42,883 nucleotides of DNA from Sphingomonadaceae bacterium (GTDB taxonomy: Bacteria; Pseudomonadota; Alphaproteobacteria; Sphingomonadales; Sphingomonadaceae): the NCBI GenBank assembly GCA_019239785.1, contig JAFAZM010000183.1, positions 1 through 42,883 on the forward strand. Reading direction: 5' to 3'. Below are positions 1-8,459 of the stretch, piece by piece. The notes under the pieces are model-generated. The model had not been told where the DNA came from, ran no database searches, and saw nothing but the letters and a program-made list of their open reading frames with translations. Every line of letters starts with the position of its first letter. Position 1 is the first letter of the stretch. Position numbers and translations under genes: made by a program.

Positions 1-1239
1 CACAATGTCGCGACCGCTTTGGCGACGGACGGCAGCTACGATTACCGCCCCGAGGCGCCGCGGGCTTCGGCGCCGGTGCAGGCCACATTCGACGGCTATC
101 GCCGGGCGGACGGCCGCGTCGGCACCCGCAACGAGATCTGGGTGATCCCGACCGTCGGCTGCGTCGCGCGCACCGCGCAGAAGATTGCCGAGCGCGCCGC
201 CGCGCGTCACGGAGGCCGCGTCGACGGCGTGCATGCCTTTCCCCATCCCTTCGGCTGCTCGCAGCTCGGCGACGATCTCGCCGGCACGCGCAGCCTGCTC
301 GCCGCGCTGGCAAGCCACCCCAATGCCGGCGGCGTCCTGATCGTCGGCCTGGGCTGCGAATCCAACCAGATGCAGGCCCTGCTCGCCGAGGTCGATCCGG
401 CCGCGAACGTGGCGACGCTCGGCGCGCAGGACGCAGGCGACGAGATCGCGGAAGGCTTGGCCCTGGTCGACACCCTGGTCGCGGAGGCCGCCCTGGCGCG
501 CCGCGCGCCGGCGCCGCTCTCGGCATTGGTGCTCGGCGTGAAATGCGGCGGCTCGGACGGCCTTTCCGGCCTCACCACAAATCCCCTGGTCGGGCGGATG
601 AGCGACGCCGTCACCGGCGCCGGCGGCGCCGCGATCCTCACCGAGATCCCGGAGATTTTCGGCGCGGAGCAATTGCTGATGGCGCGGGCCGCGGACGAGC
701 AGGTGTTCGACGGCATCGTCGGGCTGGTGAACGGCTTCAAGGCCTATTTCACCGGCCATGGCGAGCCGGTCTCGGAGAATCCCTCGCCCGGCAACATCGC
801 CGGCGGGATCACCACGCTGGAGGAGAAATCGCTCGGCGCGGTGCAGAAAGGGGGCCATGCGACGGTGACCGACGTGCTGCCTTATGGCGGCCGCGTCCGC
901 CGGCCCGGCCTGAGCCTGCTCGAAGCGCCGGGCAACGACGCCGTCTCCTCGACCGCGCTGGCGGCGGCTGGGGCGACCGCGATCCTCTTCACCACCGGCC
1001 GCGGCACCCCGCTCGGCTTCCCGGTGCCGACGATCAAGATCGCCTCGAACCGCGAGCTCGCCGGGCGCAAGCCCGGCTGGATCGACTTCGACGCCGGCCG
1101 CGTGCTTGACGAGGGGCTCGTCCCGGTCGCCGGGGACCTGCTCGACGCGCTCTGCGCAATCGCCTCGGGCCGGGAGACCGCCGCCGAGCGCAACGGCGAG
1201 CGCGAGATCGCGATCTGGAAGCGCGGGGTGACGCTCTGA
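1..1239 (+). CDS. uxaA: Altronate dehydratase / UxaA-family hydro-lyase (5'-truncated by window edge)
   Basis: Frame is open from base 1 (HNVATAL...). Motifs RNEIWVIPTVGC, HPFGCSQLGDD, KCGGSDG, ENPSPGNIAGGITTLEEKSLG and the C-terminal IAIWKRGVTL are typical of UxaA. Confidence 0.9.
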   Translation, partial: HNVATALATDGSYDYRPEAPRASAPVQATFDGYRRADGRVGTRNEIWVIPTVGCVARTAQKIAERAAARHGGRVDGVHAFPHPFGCSQLGDDLAGTRSLLAALASHPNAGGVLIVGLGCESNQMQALLAEVDPAANVATLGAQDAGDEIAEGLALVDTLVAEAALARRAPAPLSALVLGVKCGGSDGLSGLTTNPLVGRMSDAVTGAGGAAILTEIPEIFGAEQLLMARAADEQVFDGIVGLVNGFKAYFTGHGEPVSENPSPGNIAGGITTLEEKSLGAVQKGGHATVTDVLPYGGRVRRPGLSLLEAPGNDAVSSTALAAAGATAILFTTGRGTPLGFPVPTIKIASNRELAGRKPGWIDFDAGRVLDEGLVPVAGDLLDALCAIASGRETAAERNGEREIAIWKRGVTL

Positions 1240-1241
1240 GG

Positions 1242-1361
1242 TTCGTCATGCTGAATTCAATTCAGCATCCATGAACACCGCCTCCGCGAGCCCGCGCATT
1301 CCGTGTTCATGGATCCCGGATCCCCGGCCTTCGCCGGGGCAAGCAAGTCCGGGATGACGAA
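1242..1361. repeat. Palindromic REP-like element (GTCAT...GGATCC...CAAGTCCGGGATGAC family) between convergent genes
   Basis: Terminal inverted repeat ttcgtcat/atgacgaa, inner arms atccatgaacac/gtgttcatggat, and hairpins. Related to the element at 16169-16294. Confidence 0.8.
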
Positions 1362-1385
1362 AAGAGAGGCGCCTTGGCAGCAGCC

Positions 1386-2378
1386 CTAGGCCGCTTCGAA
1401 CCGCACCTGATTGCGGCCCGCATTCTTCGCTTCGTAGAGCAAAGCGTCGGCGCGGGCGATGGCGGGCTGGTCGGCCTTGCGGCGGGCGCAGGCGATGCCG
1501 GCGGAGAAGGTGATCTTGCCAAGCGGCGCGTCGGTCTCGCGCACCTTGAAGTGGCGCGCGGCGAGCAGCTCGCGGGCCTCGTCGAGGATGCGGGCACCCT
1601 CGGTCGGCGGCAGCCCCTCGAACAGGACGACGAACTCCTCGCCGCCGAGCCGCGCGACCATGTGGCCACCGCAATTGTCGCGAAGCGTGTCGGCGACGAC
1701 GCGCAGCACGCGGTCGCCGACCGGATGGCCGTAGCGGTCGTTGATCCGCTTGAAATGGTCGATGTCGCAGATTGCGAGGCTGAGCTTCGTTCCCTTGTCC
1801 TCGAAGACCTTGAGCTGCTCCTCGAAGGCGCGGCGGTTGGGCAGGCGGGTCAGCGGATCCGAGCGGGCCTCCTCGCCCACCTCGGCCAGCTTGACGCGCA
1901 ATTTCTGGGTCTCGTCGCGCGCCGCGGTCAATTGCGCCTCGGCCTTGCGGGTGCGCTCCACCATCGCCCGGGTCACCGCGACGAGCGCGCCGATCGAGCC
2001 GGGGTCGCCGGCGGCCTCGAGCCGGTCGGCGCCGGCGGCGAGGTCGGCGCCGTAGCTCTGCGCGTCGGCGCGCTGCGCCTCGACGATCGCGACGAACTCC
2101 TCGACCCGCTGGGTCGCGGCGGCGAGCACGGCCGGATCGACGCCGCCGCCGGGCCGCGGCGGCGCCGACGGCTCGATGCCGACCTCGCTCTTGATCCGGT
2201 CGGCGTCCCGCTGGCTGAGGCGCAGGCCGTCGGCCGTCGCAGCCTTCACCGCTTCGGCCGCCGGCGAGGCGGTGTTCGCGAACAAAGCGTGGATCAGGGC
2301 ATAATTGTCGGGCGTCGGCCAGAGGCCGTGCTCGGCGAGGAAATCGCCGATCTTCCTGTAGAGCTGGGCGCTGTCCAT
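1386..2378 (-). CDS. Diguanylate cyclase (GGEEF) with N-terminal helical/coiled-coil region, DgcB-like
   Basis: DPLTRLPNRR, DIDHFKRINDRYGHPVGD, ARLGGEEF, ADALLYEAKNAGRN. N-terminal PTPDNY motif. Confidence 0.92.
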   Translation of the reverse strand: MDSAQLYRKIGDFLAEHGLWPTPDNYALIHALFANTASPAAEAVKAATADGLRLSQRDADRIKSEVGIEPSAPPRPGGGVDPAVLAAATQRVEEFVAIVEAQRADAQSYGADLAAGADRLEAAGDPGSIGALVAVTRAMVERTRKAEAQLTAARDETQKLRVKLAEVGEEARSDPLTRLPNRRAFEEQLKVFEDKGTKLSLAICDIDHFKRINDRYGHPVGDRVLRVVADTLRDNCGGHMVARLGGEEFVVLFEGLPPTEGARILDEARELLAARHFKVRETDAPLGKITFSAGIACARRKADQPAIARADALLYEAKNAGRNQVRFEAA

Positions 2379-2412
2379 CTGGCTGGTCCTTCAGCTGGAG
2401 GCGGGTTGCGGT

Positions 2413-3354
2413 TTACTGGCGGGGCGGCGGCGTTTCGGGCTGGGCCGGGCCCGGCAGAGCCGAGCCCGGCTGACCCGAGGCGTTCCGCCAAGCCAGGGTG
2501 ATCGAGATGCGCCGGTTGCGCGGGTCGTAGCGGTTCTGCGGCACGAACGGGTTGCGGTCGGCGACGCCCTCGATCCGGGCGATCCGGTCCATCGACAAAC
2601 CGGTGTCCGCGAGCGTCGCCCGCGTGCTCTCCGCGCGCGCGCTGGACAGGGTCCAGTTGTTGGTCGTCTGGCCGGCCGAATAAGGCAGGCTGTCGGTATG
2701 GCCGCGGATGATCACAGAATTGGGCACGCCGGCGATCACCTGCGAGACCTGCTGGATGAGATGCCGCGCCTGCGGCAGCAGATCGGCGGTGCCGACCCGG
2801 AACATCGAGAAGTCCGCCTCGTCGACCAGGTCGATGCGCAGCCCCTCCTCGCTCTCGGTGAAGCTGACGTGGTTGGCCAGCCGCCTGAGGTCCGGCGAGG
2901 CCTGGATGCGGCGCATCAGATCGGCGCGCAGGCGCCCGAACTCGTCGCGATCCTGGTTGCGCGGCGCGTCGCCCTCGCGGCTGCCGCCGGTGGCGTCGCG
3001 CGGGATGGTGATCGACCGAGTGCCGGTCTGCTGGGCGCGGTGCGGATAATTGTCCTGCGAGATGATCGAGTCGCCGCCGAGGATGCCGGTGGAGCCGGCG
3101 CTGTTCTGGCGATAGTCGACCAGGGTCGGCGTGAAATAATCGGCGATGCCCCGCCTCTTGTTGGCGTCGGTCGCGCCGAGCAGCCAGAGCAGCAGGAAGA
3201 AGGCCATCATCGCGGTGACGAAGTCCGCATAGGCGATCTTCCAGGCGCCGCCATGATGGGGGCCGTGCGCCTGCTCGACCACCTTCTTGACGATGATCGG
3301 CGGCGGCGCCGGCGCCGCTTCGTTGCGTCCGCGCTTGAGCGCTGCCGAGGCCAT
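2413..3354 (-). CDS. motB: Flagellar stator protein MotB
   Basis: HGGAWKIAYADFVTAMMAFF transmembrane motif with the essential Asp. OmpA-like domain GHTD...NWTLSSARA...NRRISI. Confidence 0.95.
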   Translation of the reverse strand: MASAALKRGRNEAAPAPPPIIVKKVVEQAHGPHHGGAWKIAYADFVTAMMAFFLLLWLLGATDANKRRGIADYFTPTLVDYRQNSAGSTGILGGDSIISQDNYPHRAQQTGTRSITIPRDATGGSREGDAPRNQDRDEFGRLRADLMRRIQASPDLRRLANHVSFTESEEGLRIDLVDEADFSMFRVGTADLLPQARHLIQQVSQVIAGVPNSVIIRGHTDSLPYSAGQTTNNWTLSSARAESTRATLADTGLSMDRIARIEGVADRNPFVPQNRYDPRNRRISITLAWRNASGQPGSALPGPAQPETPPPRQ

Positions 3355-3355
3355 G

Positions 3356-4219
3356 TCAGCGCCCTCTCATGCCGTCGAAGACGTCGGCGAAGGCGGGCTG
3401 GTTCGAATGGGCGATGGAGGAGCGCGCCGCCTCGATTACCAGCGGCAGCGGATGGCCGTGCAGCGAGGCGATGATGATCTGCTTGACCACATGGTAGATG
3501 GCGGAATCGCCTTCGATCACCTGGCGGGCGCGGTTCGCGAACGGGCCGATGAAGCCGTAGGCGAGCAGGACGCCGAGGAAGGTGCCGACCAGAGCGGAGC
3601 CGATCATCTCGCCGAGGATCGCCGGCGGCTGGTCGATCGCGGCCATCGTCTTCACCACGCCGAGCACGGCGGCGACGATGCCGAGCGCCGGCAGCGCGTC
3701 CGCCAGGGTCTGCAGCGAATTGGCCGGCGCGATCGAATGGTGGCTGTGGGTCTTGATGCTGTTGTCCATCACGTCCTCGACCGCGCGCGGATCGAGCGTG
3801 CCCGAGGACACGACGACCAGCCGCAGCGTGTCGCAGATCAGGTGGATCAACGTGTTGTCCTTCAGGAGCTTCGGATATTCCGAGAAGATCGCCGAGGATT
3901 TGGGATCCTCGATATGCGGCTCGACCGCGACCGGGCCGTCGGTGCGCAGCATCTTCATCAGCTTCGACACCAGGAAGATGACGTCGAGGAAGTCCTTCTT
4001 GTTGTATTTGGGGCCCTTGAAGACCTTGCCGAAGCCGCCGAGCAGAGCCTTGAGGTCGGCGCCGCTATTGCCGGCGATGGTCGAGCCGACCGCGGCGCCG
4101 CCGATCACGGTGAGCTCGACCGGCAATGCGTGGAGGATCACGCCGATGCTTCCGCCCGAGAAGACGAAGGCCCCGAACACCATCACGAGGACGACAATTA
4201 TGCCGACGCCTGCAAACAT
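3356..4219 (-). CDS. motA: Flagellar stator protein MotA
   Basis: Four-TM pattern, LRTDGPVAVEPHIEDP, DALPALGIVAAVLG, ALVGTFLGVLLAYG. Adjacent to motB. Confidence 0.95.
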   Translation of the reverse strand: MFAGVGIIVVLVMVFGAFVFSGGSIGVILHALPVELTVIGGAAVGSTIAGNSGADLKALLGGFGKVFKGPKYNKKDFLDVIFLVSKLMKMLRTDGPVAVEPHIEDPKSSAIFSEYPKLLKDNTLIHLICDTLRLVVVSSGTLDPRAVEDVMDNSIKTHSHHSIAPANSLQTLADALPALGIVAAVLGVVKTMAAIDQPPAILGEMIGSALVGTFLGVLLAYGFIGPFANRARQVIEGDSAIYHVVKQIIIASLHGHPLPLVIEAARSSIAHSNQPAFADVFDGMRGR

Positions 4220-4274
4220 CCCGATCCCCGCTCTACCGGCCAGTTTGGGGGCAATACGCGCCCCCGCATGATGA

Positions 4275-4301
4275 TTAACGGCACCAGCGCTAGGACTTTA
4301 T
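4275..4301 (-). promoter_or_regulatory. Putative sigma28 (FliA) promoter for motA-motB-dgc
   Basis: Minus strand reads ATAAAG-tcctagcgctggt-GCCGTTAA, close to the TAAA-N15-GCCGATAA consensus, about 55 bp upstream of the motA ATG. Confidence 0.6.
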
Positions 4302-4401
4302 GGTTAAGGTCCCCTCAACCACGATTTCCCGCCTTTCTGTGCGGCGGAACCCCTGGAATACGGCTGAAAAGGCCGGGGGTTTAGGAGGGAAGAACAAGAA
4401 G

Positions 4402-4601
4402 AAGACCCTCACCCTGCCCTCTCCCGCAAGCGGGAGAGGGTAAAAAAGGTCGAGGCCCGCTGCGAGGCACTCCTTCTCCCGCTTGCGGGAGAAGGTTGGG
4501 ATGAGGGTCTTGTTCTTCCTTCAAAAGGCCGAACTGCCCTCACCCTCCCATCGCCGCTGCGCGGCGACGGGCCCCTCCCTCTCCCCGAAACGGGAGAGGG
4601 G
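4402..4601. repeat. Cluster of three CCCTCACCC...CTCTCCC-N-GGGAGAGGG palindromic repeats (CIR/REP-like)
   Basis: Units at about 4402-4440, 4472-4511 (inverted) and 4537-4601, each containing a CTCCC...GGGAG hairpin. Confidence 0.8.
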
Positions 4602-4611
4602 GAAGAAAAGC

Positions 4612-5469
4612 CTAGCGCAATATGTCGAACAGGGTGTTCGCATTGACCTTCGCGAAGACCGCCTGGGCGGCCTGGAGGGTCAGCTGCTGCGACTGCAGCT
4701 TGGCGATCGCCGCGGTGACGTCGGTGCTCTCGAGATTGGAACGCTCCTCCTCGAGCTGGAGGCCGCTGTCCGCCTGGCGGTCGGTCAGCTGGTCGATGCG
4801 GTTGCCGAGCGCGCCCTGGGCGCCGCGGGCATTGGCGATATGGTCGACCGCGGCGGTGACGTTGTCGCTCGAGGCCGCGACCGCCGCCGCGCGGGCGGTG
4901 GGATTGGTGAGGGTCAGCGCATCCGCGGCGGCGGAGACGATCGCGGCGACGTCCTGCGGACCGCCCGAGGTCGGCACCGATTCGAAGACGTCCTCCTTCG
5001 TGCCGACCGCCTCGACCGCGACTCCGGTCGCGACCGGGATGCGCAGCGAGCCGCCCGACATGAAGAGCGGGCCGCCGCGCGTGTCCCTGGTGTCCTTGAG
5101 CGCTGCGATGTCGGCCGCGATCGAGCGCAATTCCAGCGCGATCGTCGCGCGGTCGGCGTCCGACAAAGTGCCGTTCGCCCCCTGCACCATCAATTCGGTG
5201 GCACGGTCGAGCGCGGTGCCGACCGACTTCAGGGTCGTGTCGGCGCGGGCGGCGAGCGCGGAGGCGAGCGTGAGGTTGCTCTTGAAGGCGGTGTCGTTCG
5301 CCTGGCTGCGGCCGATCGAGGAGATGCGCGCGGCCGCGACCGGATCGTCGGACGGCGCCTGGATGCGCTTGCCGGTGCTGATCTCGGTCTGCGTGCGCGC
5401 GATGTCCCGCGACAGCGCGACCTGCTGGTTGATCTCCATATTCAGGCGATAACGGGTGCCGCTGATCAT
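4612..5469 (-). CDS. flgL: Flagellar hook-associated protein 3 FlgL
   Basis: ISTGKRIQAPSDDPVAAA N-terminus and a flagellin-like C-terminus (LQAAQAVFAKVNANTLFD). Follows flgK. Confidence 0.9.
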   Translation of the reverse strand: MISGTRYRLNMEINQQVALSRDIARTQTEISTGKRIQAPSDDPVAAARISSIGRSQANDTAFKSNLTLASALAARADTTLKSVGTALDRATELMVQGANGTLSDADRATIALELRSIAADIAALKDTRDTRGGPLFMSGGSLRIPVATGVAVEAVGTKEDVFESVPTSGGPQDVAAIVSAAADALTLTNPTARAAAVAASSDNVTAAVDHIANARGAQGALGNRIDQLTDRQADSGLQLEEERSNLESTDVTAAIAKLQSQQLTLQAAQAVFAKVNANTLFDILR

Positions 5470-5494
5470 CTTCTCTATCCTCGAAACCTGCGCA

Positions 5495-6841
5495 TCAGAG
5501 CGCTGCGAATATCGCCTGGATGTTCTCGCGCGCGACCTGGACGATACGGGCCGCCGCGCTGTAGGCCTGCTGGAAGCGGAGCATCTCCGCCGCCTCGGTG
5601 TCGAGATCGACGCCGGTCACCTCGTCCAGCGCCGCCTTGCTCGTATCCTGCCATTTCGATGCCGCCGCATTCTCGGCCTTGGCCGAGGAGAGCGCCTGAG
5701 CATTGGCCGAGACCAGGGCCGACCAGCGGTCCTCGATCTTGCTGGAGGTGCGGACCGCATCGAGCGCAAGCAGATTTCCGTTGGAGGCAGTGCCCGCCGC
5801 GGCCGGCACCAGGTCCGGATCGCTGGCGAGCGCCTGCATCCCGACCGCGCCGCCGGTCGCGGAGAGCAGGTTCGCGCCGGCATTGCCGTCGGCATCCTTG
5901 CCGCCCGCGGACCAAGTGTTGACCAAAGCGGTGAAATCGGCGGCGAGGCCGTCGAGCGCGGCGCGGCGGTCGGCGACGCCGGCGGCGATGTCGACCAGTC
6001 CGGCCAGCGTCCCGCCGGCGGCGGGCAGCGGCACCGTGGTGCCGTTGGCGGCGAGCTGAAGCGACAGCCGCCCGTCCGCGGCCGGAACGAGGCTGACCAG
6101 GCTCGGGCCGCTGCCCGACAGCAAGGCCAGGTTACCGCCGGCGCCGGCGGCGAGCGAAACGCGGCCGTCGCTGCCGAGCGAGACCTTCACGTCGAGCTTG
6201 CCGGCGATGAAGTCGATCAGCTGGTCGCGCTGGTCCTCGAGCGAGGCGCGGGCGCTGCCGCCCTGCGCGGCCGGCGCGAGCGCGCCGTTGACGTCGTCCA
6301 GCGCCTTCAGCGCATTGTTCAGCGCGTCGACCTCAAGCCCGGCCGCCTGGCCGACCCCGTCGGAGATGCGCGCGAGCTTCTGGCCGGTATTGCGGAACGC
6401 GCCAGCGACGCCGTCGAGCGCGGTCAGCACGGAGCGGCGGCCGAGCGGGTCGCCGGGATCCGAGGCGAGCGACGAGGCGGAGGTGAAGAAGCCCGTCATC
6501 GCCGAGCCGATCCCCGAGGCGCTGTCGTCAAGCGCGCTCTCGACGCTCCCCAGCCATTGCTCGCGCACGCCGGAACGGCCGGCGGCGGAGGTGGCGAAGC
6601 GCGCCTCATTGGCCTTGAAATCGTCCCAGGCGCGGGCGACGCCGGTTGCGGTGACGCCGTTGAACGTCACCTGCGGCCGGTAGGCGATGTCGCCGCTGCC
6701 GACCACCGTCTGCTCCTGGAGCACGACGCGACGGCGCGCATAGCCGGGGGTCTGCGCGTTGGCGACATTCTCGCCGACCGCGGAGAGCGCGGCCTGATAG
6801 GCGTTGAGCGCCGAAGCGCCGATGCCGAGCAGGTCGCTCAT
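5495..6841 (-). CDS. flgK: Flagellar hook-associated protein 1 FlgK
   Basis: GENVANAQTPGYARRRV and GVDLDTEAAEMLRFQQAYSAAAR. Confidence 0.93.
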   Translation of the reverse strand: MSDLLGIGASALNAYQAALSAVGENVANAQTPGYARRRVVLQEQTVVGSGDIAYRPQVTFNGVTATGVARAWDDFKANEARFATSAAGRSGVREQWLGSVESALDDSASGIGSAMTGFFTSASSLASDPGDPLGRRSVLTALDGVAGAFRNTGQKLARISDGVGQAAGLEVDALNNALKALDDVNGALAPAAQGGSARASLEDQRDQLIDFIAGKLDVKVSLGSDGRVSLAAGAGGNLALLSGSGPSLVSLVPAADGRLSLQLAANGTTVPLPAAGGTLAGLVDIAAGVADRRAALDGLAADFTALVNTWSAGGKDADGNAGANLLSATGGAVGMQALASDPDLVPAAAGTASNGNLLALDAVRTSSKIEDRWSALVSANAQALSSAKAENAAASKWQDTSKAALDEVTGVDLDTEAAEMLRFQQAYSAAARIVQVARENIQAIFAAL

Positions 6842-7227
6842 CGGCCGGCCTCAGGCTGGGCGGGCGCGGCGGCGCCCTGCCCTGCCGGCGCAGCGGCCGA
6901 GGCCGCTGCATTGTGGCGGTCGAACTGGGCGAGCAGCATCTGGGCGATGCCGAACACGCCCTGGTGCGACATCGCGTCGGCGAGGTTGGCGTCGGACATG
7001 TCGCGGAACTGCTCGGTGGCCTGGCTGGACAGCGGATCGTCGGAGAGATGGGCCGAGCGCATCGAGCCGATCAGCTGGCGCAGGAACACCGCCTCGAACT
7101 GCTGCGCGGCGGCGCGCAGCGCATTGCGCTGCGCGGCCGTATCCGGGCGTTGCGGCGCAAGCGAGGTCGTCGCGGCCGGCGCGGCGAGCGGCAGCGCCGC
7201 CTGCGGGGTCCGGAGCGGCGCGATCAC
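6838..7227 (-). CDS. flgJ: Single-domain FlgJ (rod-binding only, no muramidase domain)
   Basis: LRAAAQQFEAVFLRQLIGSMR...GVFGIAQMLLAQF. Only 129 aa, between flgI and flgK. Confidence 0.85.
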   Translation of the reverse strand: MIAPLRTPQAALPLAAPAATTSLAPQRPDTAAQRNALRAAAQQFEAVFLRQLIGSMRSAHLSDDPLSSQATEQFRDMSDANLADAMSHQGVFGIAQMLLAQFDRHNAAASAAAPAGQGAAAPAQPEAGR

Positions 7228-8450
7228 AGGATCACCAGGTCGGCGCGCAGCGCGCCCGCCTGCTTCAGCGCCTCGAGGATCGCGACCAGGTCGGACGGCG
7301 CCGCGCCGATCGCGTTCACCGCGCGGACGATCTCGGCGAGCGAGGCGCCCGGGGCGAGCTCGAACATCGGCGAGCGATGCTCGGTGACCTCGATATTGGA
7401 GTGCTGCTCGACCACGGTCTCGCCGCGCGAGAGCGGCGCCGGCTGGCTGGCATGCTGGTCCTCCTGCACCGCGACGGTGAGGCGGCCATGGCTGACCGCG
7501 GCCGGGCTGATCCTGACCGCGCCGTTGATCACGACGGTGCCGGTGCGCGCGTTGACGATCACCCGGGCCGGTGCGTCGGCAGGCTCGACGACGATATTCT
7601 CGACGCGGCTCATAAGGGTGGTGCGGATTTCGGCGCCCTGCGGGGCCTGGATCGAGATCGAGACGCCGTCCTCGGCGCGCGCGACCGGCTCGCCAAGCTC
7701 GCGGTTGATCGCATCGGCGACCCGCTGGGCGGTGGTGAAATCGGATTCGGAGAGGTTGAAGGTGATCGCCGGCGCTGTGGCGAAGCCGGTCTCGACCGCG
7801 CGCTCGACGGTGGCCCCGCCGGGGATGCGGCCCGACGAGGGCACGTTGACCGAGACCTGCGAGCCGTCCTGCGCGGAGACGCCGAGGCCGCCGACGGCGA
7901 GATTGCCCTGCGCCATCGCGTAGATCTGGTTGTCGGCGCCGCGCAGCGGGGTCATGATCAATGTGCCGCCGCGCAGCGAACGGGCGCGGCCGAGCGCCGA
8001 GACGGTGATGTCGAGCCGCTGGCCGGGCCGCGCGAAGGCGGGCAGGTCGGAGGTCACCATCACCGCCGCCGCATTCTTCAATGCCGGGTTGACGCCGGGG
8101 GGCAGAGTGAGGCCGAAGCGCGAGGCGACTCCGTTCATCCCCTGGGTGGCATATTCCAGATTGTCGTCGCCGGTGCCGGCCAGGCCGACGACGATGCCGT
8201 AGCCGATCAGCTGGTTGGGGCGGACGCCCTGGAAGGTGCCGAGATCCTTGATCCGCGTCGCTTCGGCCGGCGTGGCTGCCGCGAAAAGCGAGAGGCCGAG
8301 GAGGAGTGCGGCGAGCATTCTTCCTACCACCGTTCGCCCTGAGCCTGTCGAAGGGCTTCCCTGCTTCTTCCGGCCCCCGAAAGAAGGAAGGGGCTTCGAC
8401 AAGCTCAGCCCGAACGGGCCTTGGGTTTTGATCACGCTATTGCGGAACAT
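7224..8450 (-). CDS. flgI: Flagellar P-ring protein FlgI (signal region carries an in-frame repeat insertion)
   Basis: RIKDL...GVRPNQLIGYGIVVGLAGTGD and LEALKQAGALRA. SD GAGGTG precedes the ATG at 8450. An alternative start exists at 8318. Confidence 0.93.
   Translation of the reverse strand: MFRNSVIKTQGPFGLSLSKPLPSFGGRKKQGSPSTGSGRTVVGRMLAALLLGLSLFAAATPAEATRIKDLGTFQGVRPNQLIGYGIVVGLAGTGDDNLEYATQGMNGVASRFGLTLPPGVNPALKNAAAVMVTSDLPAFARPGQRLDITVSALGRARSLRGGTLIMTPLRGADNQIYAMAQGNLAVGGLGVSAQDGSQVSVNVPSSGRIPGGATVERAVETGFATAPAITFNLSESDFTTAQRVADAINRELGEPVARAEDGVSISIQAPQGAEIRTTLMSRVENIVVEPADAPARVIVNARTGTVVINGAVRISPAAVSHGRLTVAVQEDQHASQPAPLSRGETVVEQHSNIEVTEHRSPMFELAPGASLAEIVRAVNAIGAAPSDLVAILEALKQAGALRADLVIL
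8330..8417. repeat. Palindromic repeat (CCGTTCGCCCTGAGCCTGTCGAAG...CTTCGACAAGCTCAGCCCGAACGG) inside the flgI 5' end
   Basis: Imperfect inverted arms 8330-8355 and 8392-8417, lower GC than the flanks. Translates as PFGLSLSKP...SPSTGSGRT. Confidence 0.8.
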
Positions 8451-8459
8451 CGCATCACC

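Noticed and set aside
4402-4601. Repeat cluster as a CRISPR array or IS ends
   Set aside because: Units are inverted and unequal with no regular spacers. No cas or transposase gene is present.
4612-5469. Possible flagellin gene
   Set aside because: Position after flgK and the N- and C-terminal motifs fit FlgL. No flagellin is in the window.
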